From Antedon mediterranea (lineage: Eukaryota > Animalia > Echinodermata), in contig NC_092671.1 of assembly GCF_964355755.1 (NCBI RefSeq), positions 15,557,742-15,621,741 on the forward strand: a stretch of DNA of 64,000 nt, given 5' to 3'. The first letter of the stretch is position 1. The number at the start of each line of letters is the position of its first letter. Both the position numbers and the translations under genes were made by a program. This document shows, one piece after another, positions 1-11,412 of this stretch. Under the pieces are notes generated by a model. It was not told the origin of the DNA and did no database searches. It worked only from the letters and a program-made list of their open reading frames with translations.

Positions 1-3000
1 TGCATTGCTGGTTATCGTGGAGATCAGTGTCAAAGTCGTAAGTATTACAGTAATGTTATTTATATTTTTTACATACAGTCACAATAACATACAGTCACAA
101 TAGCATACAAGTGTTTTTTAGTACTTATGTTAATCAGAATTTGACGCAATTACAATAGGCACCAAAGAAGCTAGTGTTTGTCAATTTGGTTACCAATCAT
201 TATTTACACACAGACACCATTCAGACAAGACATAAACAAATTATTAGAAAATATATACATTATAACAATTTTTTTTAAATAATTTAAAAAAATAGGCCGC
301 CCACAACATCATCATCTCTAGTGAGACACTTCCTTGTAAGAGCTTTGAGTCCAAACATTTGTGTGTAGTTTCAAAATAAGTTAAAATGACAGAAAAAAGG
401 TATACTGTATTTAGATCTTGTTGTAAATGTTTAAAAGTCTCCCTTTTCAGTGTGAAGTCATACCTAATTTCTTCACATCATGTAGTGAGTGTATTTTGTC
501 GATAAATAAAAGTAATTTTACATTACCTATATGATTCAATTTTAGCTTGCAAGGAAAACTTTTGGGGTGTGGCGTGTGCTGAGAAATGTCAATGTGAAAA
601 TGGTGCTTCTTGTGACCCACTTAATGGAATATGTTCCTGTACCCCTGGATTTACAGGTCTGTAAATAATAATATTTATATAATAAAGAAAGATAATTTTG
701 ATAATTGAAACTACCAATATCGCATGTTGATTTTTTTCCTGAACAAAGATCATTTACATTCCAGGTGCAAATTGCAATGCTACATGCAGTGTTGGTCTTT
801 ATGGACAAGACTGCTTGTTACCTTGTGAATGTAAGAATGATGCCGAATGTGACCCTGTCAATGGTGTCTGTAAATGCAAACCTGGCTTCACAGGACCCTA
901 GTAAGTGGTCACTTATTTTGTAACTAAATAATCATGTTAAGCTCTGTCTACACTATCAAATTTTATGTGAAAAAAATGTGACGTGCCCATATATGGGCAT
1001 GATGATGTTCCCATATATGGGCATGATGATGTCATTTTTTTAAAAAGATATTTTGATAGTGTAGACAGAGCTTTAAATTAATTTATATTCACATTGTGTA
1101 TTTTATGTTGTGTGTGTGTGTTGTGTGGAAAAAAAATTACTATACTATACTACCTTACTACTACCGAACATGTACATACATGCAAAATGTTAGCAGAAAA
1201 GGCAATTGCGTCATCTAACTACGAAATAATATTACTACTACTTGACATGACCAGTACATTTGACACGGTGCGGAGGAATACTCTATTCGACATACTGACA
1301 CATATATTACAAGATGATGAACTACACATGTTGAAAGTTTTGACAAACAATGTAAAATTAAGCGTTCGAATTGGAAAACAGACAGGAAAATTGTTTACTA
1401 CTACACTAGGAGTACCACAAGGTGACTGCATGTCTCCGATACTGTTCACACTATACCTAGCAAAGGCATTCGAATCAGCAAACACAACACCACTACCCCT
1501 ACAACAGCTTAATATCCAGATGCAGTATGCAGATGACATTTCATTTATTAGCGACTCAAAAGAACAATGTAACAGAAAAATTAGCAGAATTCAATCTAAA
1601 GATAAACGAAAGTAAAACAGAAGAATACCTAATAGGAAGAAACACAGATAGTAAATGGGAAGAATGCAAATACCTCGGTAGTAACTTGGACACAGAAAAA
1701 GACATTAAAAGAAGAAAATCACTAGCAACTATGGCATATAACAAGCTGAAGTCGTCGCTAGAACACAAAACGATGTCTATAGACGTGAAATCCCGTTTGT
1801 TTGACGCATACATAGCAAGTATTTTCTTATATAACAGTGAACTCTGGGTACTAAACAAAAAATTACAAGAGAGTATAGATATATATCACAGGAAAATGTT
1901 GCGAAAGATGATAGATATTAAATTAACAGATAGAGTGTGTAACACAAAAATATACGAGATAACAAAACAAGAAGAATGGAGTAAAAGAATTAAACGAAGG
2001 AGACTAAAATGGTATGGACACATAATTAGATTACCGGATGATACCCCAATCAAACAAACAATGAAGGAAACTAACAGGAAAGTAAAACGACCCGTAGGAA
2101 GACCAAGAAATAACTGGATGAATCAAATAAAGAAAGACTTACAAGGACTAGTAGACACTAACACAATAACAAACCATCCTGCCATAAACAGAAAAAAATG
2201 GAAACAAATTGTGGAAAGCGTAATGTCGGAAGACGGAAAACGTTAGCAACAACAACAACTACCTTTAAACCAATATGTTTGTATAAGGAATGAGGAATTT
2301 ATATTTATCTTTGTCTTCACACCTCTAGCTGTGAATCGACTTGTCCAAGCGGCACTCATGGCTTAAACTGTGCCTTAGAATGTAGCTGTCACCATGGATC
2401 GTGCCATCATGAAACAGGGGAGTGCACATGTGAAGCTGGATGGAAGGTAAATATTATATAAAAGAGTCATGTGTATTTTAATTTACTAAAGATTATTAGT
2501 TTAACATTGTTTGCAATACTATTTACAGGGTGAAATGTGTTCAATAAAGATTATTAATTTTAAAATTGTTTGTAATAATATTTACAGGGTGAAATTTGTT
2601 CAATAAAGATTATTAATTTTAAATGTGTTTGTAATACTATTTACAGGGCGAAATTTGTTCAATACCGTGTGAACAAGGCACATACGGTGCTAATTGCACC
2701 GAGAAATGCGAATGCGATAATGCAGTATCATGTGACATAGCAACAGGAGAATGTACATGTCTTCCTGGTTACATCGGGCGAAGATGTAGAAAGAGATGCA
2801 AACAAGGTTTCTACGGTGGTGAATGTCTAGAAAGTTGTGGTTGCCAAAATGGTGCTTCATGTTCACACATTGATGGAGAATGCACGTAAGTACATGTCTC
2901 ACTCAATTATCAACCATTTCTGTGACCAGAGTTTAGTGGTGTACTTATACATATCATATTCAGAAATCTAATTCAAAAGTAAGAAAAATTACGTTTTAGA

Positions 3001-6000
3001 GTTAATACACTTTTTAAATGTATTTTCTGTTGCAGGTGTCAGCCTGGATATGCTGGACTACAGTGTGAACAAGATGGTACATTTATTTTTTAATTTAAAA
3101 AAATGATTATCTCCTAATGTGTACATAATGTATGGTGGCAGTTTTCAGGGAGTACAGTTTCAATAGAATAATAATATTTTTTTGGCATAGAGAACATGAT
3201 AGAATTGCTAGGAAAATCAAATCAGCATACACTTTGATTTATTAGAGTGATATGGCGTAATTGTATGGATATCAGAATACCATGTGAGAGGCATGGTTTC
3301 AAGACCTGCCAGTGTCATAAAGCATCTTACCTTGGGCAAAATGCTTTAAGCTCTGTCCACACTATCAAACTAGTTGTGATGTGCCCTAATAATGTAGTGA
3401 TATGACATCATCATGTCCATGTATGGGCACATCACATTTTTTTTGTAGCATAAAGTTTGATAGTGTAGACAGAGCTTTACTCATTGCCTTGTAAACCGTT
3501 GGACCTGTGTATATATATTGTGCATGATAAAGGACTTGGTAAACTATTTAACAAGAGAAAGGAAATCACCTTCCGTACTGTGCCATCTGGGAGAGAAAAT
3601 TCTTGCACTGAAAGAGGTCACCCAGTTTATAGAAGTTCAATAATCAAATCAAAGTTAACTCTATTAAGAAAGTCAATCAACTTTATCTTTCACAGAATGC
3701 AGTGCATGGAAATATGGAAGTGATTGTACAAAGGATTGCATATGTAATAAAGAGAAAGCTTCAAGGTATTTCTCAATATCCTTTTTTATTACTAACATGA
3801 TGTTCCAATAAATATCAGATGTTTCTTGATATATTGCATAGGCATGCCAATTTTCTAAGAATGCACATGCCCCAAAAGATACATGAATCGGTCCAGATCT
3901 ATATTATTTCCCCCATGATTTTATCCTTAAACAAGCATGTTCTTTTCATCAACAATTCATCTCCAACTTAACTTTATGTTTTAAAATTTAGTCTTCCGTA
4001 TGATTTATGTAATGTACACTCCATTTTTTATGATTTTATTTATAGATGTCTGAGCCATACTGGTGAATGTGTCTGTTCACCTGGGTACGAGGGTAGCAAC
4101 TGTGAATCTCTATGTTCATTTGGATTCTATGGTCTTGAGTGTAAAGAATTGTGTGGGTGTCTGCATGGAAGTAAATGTAACCCTATCAATGGGTCTTGTA
4201 CATGTACTGCAGGGTGGCGTGGAAAACAGTAAGTTGTTTAAAAATACTGTTCATTAGCTATATAGTAAATTTCATGACATAATATATGTTTTCCAAAAAC
4301 TGTACATATATTTTTATAACAATTTCAATTTTTTGTTTTACTATTTTAAAAGGTACCGTTATCACTTTTCACTTTAATACTTAACAAAATCCATATACTC
4401 TATTTCAGTTGTGAAATACCATGCATGTCTGGGTCATATGGATTGAACTGTGACCTTACATGCAAATGTTTGAATGGAGCAGTTTGTGACAATGTTGATG
4501 GTACTTGTGACTGTGCCCCAGGTATGTGCTCTCAAAATGTTGGTGAAATTTTACTGGAAAGAAAACGTATTTTTTATTTACAATGGTAAATCACACTCAT
4601 GGTTTACCAACTGATCTAAAGTTCTGTCTACACTATCAAACAAAAAGTGTGATGTGTCCAAATATGGTAGTGATATGCCCAAATATGGTAATGATATGAT
4701 ATCATCATGTCCATGTGTAAATCACATTTTTTTGTCACATAAAGTTTGATAGTGTAGACAGAGCTTAAAGTTAATAAATAAACTTGTTTACTTTGTTGGC
4801 AGGGTGGGATGGTATCCTGTGTGAGAAGCCTTGTACATCAGGTTTCTTTGGCAAGGGTTGTAATATGTCTTGCAATTGTGATAATGGTGCACCATGTGAT
4901 CCTGTCAGAGGAACTTGTATATGCCCTGCAGGCTTTACAGGTGAAAAATGTGAGATGCCCTGTCAGGTACAGTATACATGATTTCTACTATAATGTTAAT
5001 TCTTCGTCTATGTTGTTCCTAAAAAAGTAACACTACTACAAAATACTTATAATTTAGGCAAGTATACCTCGCTGATTAGATGTTTGTATATAAAAAATAT
5101 TTGACAAATTTACAGTATTTACAATTTAATGTACACTCAATTATAGGCATCTATGTTTGGAATTGACTGTCAAAATAATTGCAGTTACTGTGGGTTAAAT
5201 TCAAATGGATGTGACAATGTGATTGGTCAATGTATCTGTCTCCCTGGTTACACAGGTAAGTCCCAATTACATCATTGTTATTTCCATTTGTTTATTTTGT
5301 ACACTATATAAATCTTTCTTATTCTTATCAACTATACTTGTTTTCAACAGGTGTCAATTGTAATAGCACTTGTCCTGATGGTTTCTGGGGACCAAACTGC
5401 AAACGGACATGTAGTTGTAAAAACAAAGGATCATGTGATCAATTTGATGGTTCGTGTATCTGTCCTCCAGGATTTTCCGAAAAACATTGTGAAAACTGTA
5501 TGTTGGTGTTTTTTTAAAATTAGTATGTTTATAATTAAATTCCTTTGAATATTAAAAAAAAACAAATAATAAAGTAAATTATGTAAAAGTAAAGTAAAGT
5601 AAAACTTTGTTCATTTCTGACTGTAGAAAACTAGGTTTTGCAATTTACGATATACATATTAAAATATGATAACATTTTAAAAATATAAATAAATATCATA
5701 CATATAAAAATTACTTTACGAGATATTGCAGAGATATTTTTGTAATTCTTATATATGAAGTTTTGTATTGTATTTGTTAGTGTGCAAGGATGGATTCTAT
5801 GGTTTTGAGTGTGATTATGCTTGCCCTGATTGCCCAACTGGAACTTGTCACTCACGAAACGCCAGCTGTGTCTGCCCGTCGGGATTTACAGGTCCAAAAT
5901 GCTCACAAAGTAAGCAACAAATCTTCCTTTTGCATTAAGTTATATCAAGAAGTATTTAGTGTAAAGCAGTTGTAATAATAAATCATACAATTCATTTGAA

Positions 6001-6698
6001 AAATTTTGTAACAAAATATTTAAGTTCTGCATGGGAGAAACATACTTAAAGTATCCCAATGATCGATTTATAGTATTGTATTGTTACTTATAAATAGTTT
6101 TGAGTTTAATTACAGTTTAGTTATTCATGTCTTTTTATTTTTCAATATGTTCTGTTTTGTTTCTTGGACCGCACCGCATATATTGTGAGTGCCACCGATT
6201 CAAAGGTGCATGGTCAACAAACAAATAAATAAATAAATAAACTGGAAAAAATGTTGATTTCTTATAATATTATTGCTCTAATAGTAAGTACAATATTCTG
6301 AAAAATATTGTGTATAACAGATATTTCATATAAATATTTACAGAAAATTTATATGGAAAACAGTGATGAGAGCCAAGTGAAATAATTTAAATCCAACATA
6401 AAGTAGACAGCCAGAGAACGATGACAGGCAATTAGAAAATACTCCATATTCTATGTTGGAGCTAAATATTTCTTTGCTATTCATATTTACATTCTCACTT
6501 GTGTAGGTTGTGATAATTATATGTATGGACACAATTGTGAAGATGTATGTCAGTGCCTGAACCGTGCAGACTGCAATTCTGTTAATGGTGAATGTCTGTG
6601 TCAACCAGGATTCCAAGGTCACTACTGTGAAAACCGTAAGTCACTATCTTATCTAAAATATATGAAATAATTTCAAGTCTGTTCACATAAAGATTTAG

Positions 6699-6729
<31 letters not shown>

Positions 6730-9700
6730 TAATTTGAATTTATGAATTTCTTTTGTACAAACTAATCAGAATAAAAGAAACAACAGTTTTTAATTCATTT
6801 GGTACTACAAACCACATTTAATTGACAAAGGTATAAAATGAGGTTTGTTCACATAATGGTTTAGAAGAAATCTGTGTTAATTTGAATTTAGACATTTATT
6901 TTTAACAAAGCAATCAGAATAAAAAAAGTAAAAGCCAGATGATTTTTTTTACATTTAATTGACAAAGTATGAAATGAGGTCAATTCTGTTGACATACTAA
7001 AGATTTTTAGAGAAAATCTGTGTTGATTTGAATTCAGAAATGTCTTTTTAACAAAGTAATCAGAATTAAAACTACCCAGATGAACATTTTTACATTTACA
7101 ATCAAGAAATATGGATCTTTATATATTTTCATATCACACAAGTAAAATATCTTTGCAGTATTATCAAATATCATTAAATATTATTATTATTATTATTATT
7201 ATTAAATATTATGTTTATGTTCTCGTTTTGATAGCATGTGACCAAGGTTTCTATGGGTTTGGCTGTGAATCAGAGTGTAAATGCCAAAATTCTATGTCAT
7301 GTGATCCTTACGATGGAGAGTGTGTATGTAAGCCAGGCTGGCATGGTGTCTTTTGTTCAGAACGTAAGTATGCCGCCTATTTTTAGAATACATAGTATAT
7401 TGATGTTTGTGCAGCAGTATTGTGACAGAAACACTGAATACTGAAATCCTTTATTTGTCCTATATCATAATAAAATAACAATAGAAATTAATTTTAAAGA
7501 TTGGCAAATATTAGTACTAATCAGTATAATTACTGTAGTACAGATAAATATAAAATATTTAAACAAATTAATATATAGAATACACACACATATTACACAA
7601 AAATTAATTTTTAAAATGCGGTTACAATTTAAAAGATAAAATAATAAATAAGATGAAATACAAATATAAAATAAAACATTCGTAATTTATTTCAGATTGT
7701 CCAGATGGAAAGTTTGGCAAGAACTGTTCTGAAGATTGTAAATGTGGGAACGGAGCGGACTGCGAGGCTGACACTGGGAAGTGTACATGTCAACCTGGTT
7801 GGAGTGGACTATTGTGTAATATACGTACGTATTCTTTATTGTCAGCATTATACCTAGAATTAATTATTATAGTATTGCTCAATAATTTCAATTTTAAGAT
7901 TTGTAACTTTTTTATCTAGTGGTACACGGACAATGTTTTAGGTAACCAGAAGTAGTCAAGAATAAAAGAAAACTAATTGTTTATTCTCAAACTTTTATTA
8001 CTTTTAATAGGAGCTGCTTTTTCTGGTTTTGGTTTCAATGATGCCCATTAGTTAAAAATATAATTTCTGAGGTCATGTCCATATTCCCTAGCTTTTTTTT
8101 TTTACACCTTATACATTTATAAAACAAACTGTTTATATTTATGTCTTGCAGCATGTGAGGCAGGGTCGTTTGGAGTAAATTGCAAAGACAAATGCCAATG
8201 TGAAAATGATAAATTTACATGTGATCGTATATATGGATGTGTATGTCCTGATGAATATAAGGAAGGTTGTGTATCAAGTAAGTATTCCTGCATGGTTTTA
8301 TAAAATGGTATTTTGAACTTTATCTTGTAATGCAATGACCTGATTGTCTGAATTGCTGATTGCTTTTATGAATATAAATATGATAAGTTAGCTTAGTTTA
8401 ATCATAGCTCTTAAAGTAATCCAGAAATCTTTCACAGCAAATTTCTTACTTAAACAACTCGGCTTTGTTAATCATATTTTTGTTTTATTACAGAAATCCA
8501 AGCAAATGCTGATAGATTGCTAGATGGAATTGACGGCGAAGAAGAGGGATCAAACTACATTCTGCCTCTTGTCATATCTTTTCTTCTTATCATTCTTCTC
8601 ATAGCTATTATCCTATTCCTGATACTAAGACGTCGAAGGAAAGAAAAAAGTCATTTACCAGCCGTATCGTAAGTAATTGATTATTCATCATTCAATTGTT
8701 TCTGTTAGTCTTAGTTAGAAGAATACTGTATGTATGTTTATTATAGCATGAGCAATAAAGCATCCAAATATAAAATAATTTTTGCAATTTAATATTTTAG
8801 TTTGATAGCAGATTATTCTTTATTGCATTATGCATCAATTTGTTTATTACATTTCAAATTTATTTTCAAACATATTTCTTTGTCTTTTAAATTTAAAGAC
8901 TCTTCAAATTTTGAACATAAATCCTTCAAAAGTTGAATTTTCAGAACGTTGATAAGAATTTAGCAATAAAAATTTTCACATCAACAGATATTCAGCATCA
9001 ACTAATAATAGCAGCGGACGCTCGTATATGCAAGTACCACCTAGTGACGATTACAGGTTTGACATTCTTGCCAATAGCGTTTTATCATTTCGACTCTGTT
9101 TTCATCCACGCTTCTGTCTCATAATTATTGACATAGTACAGTCACTTTATTACATTTTCACATACATAGCCATGTTATTGATAATTTTGTCAATGTTTAA
9201 TTAGATAATGAGGATGATTTATATATTGTGTATGCTGGTAGATTTTATTTGTTGAATTTTTTGTGTTTTCTGCATGCATTATGCACTTATGCACTATACG
9301 ACCCAGTGAGTGGGGTGCGTCATTTGTCCGATGTGCGTCATACGATATGAATATAATGACGCACCCCTGCGTCAAAAAAGTGACTTACCTTTAGATAACC
9401 ATGACGAGCCCGTTTTGAAGGACATTGACACACCATTGTTTATTGATTATTATGATATGACCATTTAGATTTTTTGACACACTATGAATCAATAATTATT
9501 TATAAATGATGCACCCATGACGTGCCTGTCCCGGAGGTTGTATACTGGGCCATACAATTGACAAGTGCATTACCATATTAACAGCAGGCAATCCTGTATA
9601 AACAATTTATTATTCACATAGATGCACATACATGCACTGTAATTTAGTATACTTATATAACTGTGGCTCTTTGCTTTTGCCTCTGATACAATTGTTTTAT

Positions 9701-11412
9701 TCTTTATTTTCAAGCAGTTAAGGCACTACAACCTAGCCATCAAATCGACACATGTCTTTCTTAAGTTCTGTCTACACTATCACATTTTATGTGACAAAAA
9801 TGGTGATGTGCCCATATATGGACATGATGATGTCATATATTGTATTATATTTGGGCATATCACTACCAAATTTGGACACATTATACTTTTTTGGTCAAAC
9901 TAGTTTGATAGTGTCGACAGAGCTTTAGTTCTGAGGGTAGAGTAACAACCCCTGTCATTAAAGACAGATGAGAAAGAGCGCTGTTTAGTGGTGAAGGGAT
10001 CCTTACAGTAGGGAGACGGAAGTTTCTGTCTGTGTTGTCCATTATTCAAGCAAAAACAACATTTAATAGTAATCTTAATTTTCCACCATGTTTCAGCATT
10101 TAAGTGTGACCATATTGCTTACTTTTTTAGTTTTAGAGGGAACGCAACCACGAATCATTATTTTGATTGCCCGATGGAGTTCAACCCATGTACGGTGCCT
10201 GTGGGTGGTGCTAGGGGTGCAATACAGTTGCAAAATAATGACCTCTTTGATGAGCCCTTGAAGAAAGGTGCTGGATCCAAGAATGTGGATCTCATGGGTG
10301 CTTGTGGTGGCAAAGAAGACCCTATTAATACTAAAAGTAAGTTTAAGTTTTAAGTTAATTTTTTCTCTGGTATATTCAACCAATGATAACATTTTTTTGA
10401 AAAGTAATTACCATAATATATCCTCTAGTATAATCACACCCCCATAAAAGGGGAGACTTTGGGAAGTGGAACTCGGGGCAACCCTGGTTCAGGGAAAAAA
10501 TGTTTGTTATGCATCTGGACTTACTAGAGAGAGGCCTATACTAAGACTATACCTTGGGATATGCGTGTTTGTGAAAAACATAAAGTATGGGGTGGGATTG
10601 TACCTGAGGTGGGATTATACCCGAGGATACAGTATATGGTAAATAATTTGAAATAAAATAAATAAAAGGTGTTGGTGAATTGAATTGATTGGTTCAGTTT
10701 TAACCATATTTTTTGTATTTACAGATGCTGAAGCAGATCAGTATAATCCATATAGATCAACACCGCCCCCAATCCCACCTCATGCTAACGTTAATTGTTA
10801 CAATGGTTCTAATATTGACAAAGTTCCAGCTGAGAAAAGTAATTGTAAGTATAAGTATATTTAACTTTACACTATTAGACAATATTATTAAATAAACTTT
10901 ATTTATTCACAAGACTTAGGCCTATATTAATAAAACATTATGAATTCAGAACACATGCAATTATTAAGTAAACAAAATACTATAATTCTCTTCCACATTT
11001 CTTCATAAACTTTTCACAGCTGATTATTTACTTGTTATAAACATAATGATAGATTGGACCCTAATACAATATTATACTACAACTATAAAAATATATTCAA
11101 ATTGCATTTTTATTTCTTAGTGTTTGCAGAGAGGTCTCGAGAACATGGGGCTGTTGAGGGTGCTAGTCAATCACAGAAACCTCAAAATTTCTATGGCAAC
11201 CCACCACGACAATCTGAAATTGCTCCAGGTGTGTATTGCAACATCCGTTTGTTAGTAGTTACAGTTGTAGTAAATGAAAACTATATTCTTTTCATATCAT
11301 TTCTTTTTCAGCTACCACATATGAAGTTCCAAGGCAACAGCCTGTGTATGCAGAAATTCCAGAAGCTTATGAGAATGTGTCACTTGGAGGTTACAGCTAT
11401 CCACCATTTTGA
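1..11412 (+). CDS. Multiple-EGF-like-domains type I membrane protein (MEGF10/11/Draper-like), 3' portion; 5' end lies outside the window
   Basis: 22 in-frame exons with AG/GT boundaries, reading phase checked across every junction. There are about 14 laminin-type EGF repeats (C..G..G..C...C.C.NG..C....G.C.C..G..G..C), mostly one repeat per 129-nt phase-1 exon. The TM exon 8494-8668 encodes [22 protein letters not shown] followed by RRRRKEK. The tail exons run to the TGA stop at 11410-11412. Exons: 1-37, 546-656, 765-900, 2329-2446, 2647-2885, 3036-3076, 3696-3765, 4046-4228, 4409-4521, 4803-4966, 5147-5255, 5351-5497, 5781-5909, 6507-6635, 7235-7363, 7696-7824, 8152-8277, 8494-8668, 10131-10336, 10724-10843, 11121-11228, 11312-11412. 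Confidence 0.85.
546..656 (+). CDS. MEGF-like exon (EGF repeat [37 protein letters not shown])
   Basis: Acceptor tttag|ct and donor acag|gtctgt; phase continuous with the 1-37 exon. Confidence 0.8.
765..900 (+). CDS. MEGF-like exon (EGF repeat)
   Basis: ccag|gtgcaa ... ccta|gtaagt; encodes [44 protein letters not shown]. Confidence 0.8.
939..1074. mobile_element. MITE family A copy (TIR AAGCTCTGTCTACACTATCAAA)
   Basis: Perfect terminal inverted repeats of about 22 bp. The internal core has a duplicated cccatatatggg (CArG-like) motif. Confidence 0.8.
1085..2265 (+). mobile_element. 5'-truncated non-LTR retrotransposon (LINE) reverse-transcriptase fragment, frameshifted
   Basis: ORFs 1094-1615 and 1527-2246 carry the RT motifs [17 protein letters not shown] and YADDI, then a thumb-like tail [14 protein letters not shown]...GRPRNNW. 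A (CAA)n-like tail lies at 2249-2262. The fragment sits in a MEGF intron, same strand as the host gene. Confidence 0.8.
2329..2446 (+). CDS. MEGF-like exon (EGF repeat)
   Basis: ctctag|ctgtg ... ggaag|gtaaat; encodes [39 protein letters not shown]. Confidence 0.8.
2507..2646 (+). repeat. About 59-bp tandem repeat x3 that triplicates a splice acceptor plus the first 17 nt of the following exon
   Basis: Three copies of ttgtttgtaata(a/c)tatttacagGG(T/C)GAAAT(G/T)TGTTCAATA. Only the third copy continues into the open EGF exon. Copies 1 and 2 run into stop codons. Confidence 0.85.
2647..2885 (+). CDS. MEGF-like exon (two EGF repeats)
   Basis: ttacag|ggcgaaatt ... tgcac|gtaagt. It is preceded by two tandem decoy copies of the acceptor. 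Confidence 0.8.
3036..3076 (+). CDS. MEGF-like micro-exon ([13 protein letters not shown])
   Basis: tgttgcag|gtgtcag ... gatg|gtacat; required to keep phase. Confidence 0.65.
3347..3478. mobile_element. MITE family A copy
   Basis: Same TIRs (gctctgtccacactatcaaa ... tttgatagtgtagacagagc). Confidence 0.75.
3696..3765 (+). CDS. MEGF-like exon ([22 protein letters not shown])
   Basis: tttcacag|aatgc ... tcaag|gtattt. Flanking exons only stay in frame if this exon is included. Confidence 0.7.
4046..4228 (+). CDS. MEGF-like exon (EGF repeats)
   Basis: tttatag|atgtc ... aaaca|gtaagt. Confidence 0.8.
4409..4521 (+). CDS. MEGF-like exon
   Basis: tatttcag|ttgtg ... cccag|gtatgt. Confidence 0.8.
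4619..4767. mobile_element. MITE family A copy
   Basis: Same TIRs; core contains ccaaatatgg twice. Confidence 0.75.
4803..4966 (+). CDS. MEGF-like exon
   Basis: ttggcag|ggtggg ... tgtcag|gtacag. Confidence 0.8.
5147..5255 (+). CDS. MEGF-like exon
   Basis: ttatag|gcatc ... cacag|gtaagt. Confidence 0.8.
5351..5497 (+). CDS. MEGF-like exon
   Basis: tcaacag|gtgtc ... aaaact|gtatgt. Confidence 0.8.
5781..5909 (+). CDS. MEGF-like 129-nt EGF exon
   Basis: ttgttag|tgtgc ... acaaa|gtaagc. Confidence 0.8.
6507..6635 (+). CDS. MEGF-like 129-nt EGF exon
   Basis: gtgtag|gttgtg ... aaacc|gtaagt. Confidence 0.8.
6650..7090. repeat. About 130-bp intronic tandem repeat x3
   Basis: A repeated block ...ttgacaaag(g)tatgaaatgagg(t)...ctgtgtt(a/g)atttgaattt... 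appears three times. Confidence 0.7.
7235..7363 (+). CDS. MEGF-like 129-nt EGF exon
   Basis: ttgatag|catgtg ... gaac|gtaagt. Confidence 0.8.
7696..7824 (+). CDS. MEGF-like 129-nt EGF exon
   Basis: tttcag|attgtcc ... atac|gtacgt. Confidence 0.8.
8152..8277 (+). CDS. MEGF-like EGF exon
   Basis: cttgcag|catgtg ... tcaa|gtaagt. Confidence 0.8.
8494..8668 (+). CDS. MEGF-like transmembrane exon
   Basis: ttacag|aaatcc ... gtatc|gtaagt; hydrophobic 22-aa helix then RRRRKEK stop-transfer. Confidence 0.85.
8988..9056 (+). CDS. Candidate 69-nt in-frame cassette exon in the cytoplasmic tail ([22 protein letters not shown])
   Basis: tcaacag|atattc ... ttacag|gtttga. Length is a multiple of 3, so the frame is kept whether it is included or skipped. 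Local GC is higher than the surrounding intron. The donor is weak. Confidence 0.35.
9763..9926. mobile_element. MITE family A copy
   Basis: Same TIRs; core gtgcccatatatggacatgatg. Confidence 0.75.
10131..10336 (+). CDS. MEGF-like cytoplasmic-tail exon
   Basis: acttttttag|ttttagagg ... ctaaaa|gtaagt; encodes [68 protein letters not shown]. Confidence 0.75.
10425..10640. mobile_element. MITE family B copy (TIRs containing GGTATAATCCCACC)
   Basis: Ends atatatcctctagtataatcacaccccc ... gtgggattatacccgaggatacagtatat; related to the elements at 21964 and 34225. Confidence 0.6.
10724..10843 (+). CDS. MEGF-like cytoplasmic-tail exon ([18 protein letters not shown]...)
   Basis: ttacag|atgctg ... 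aatt|gtaagt. Confidence 0.75.
11121..11228 (+). CDS. MEGF-like cytoplasmic-tail exon
   Basis: tttcttag|tgtttg ... ctccag|gtgtgt. Confidence 0.75.
11312..11412 (+). CDS. MEGF-like terminal coding exon ([33 protein letters not shown] then stop)
   Basis: ctttttcag|ctacc ... ttt tga; the Tyr-rich tail (YAEI, YENV) is ITAM-like, as in Draper/MEGF10-type receptors. Confidence 0.8.

Noticed and set aside
10093-10392. 99-aa minus-strand ORF
   Set aside because: It is antisense to the MEGF cytoplasmic-tail exon 10131-10336. The sense-strand exon has splice sites and phase continuity.
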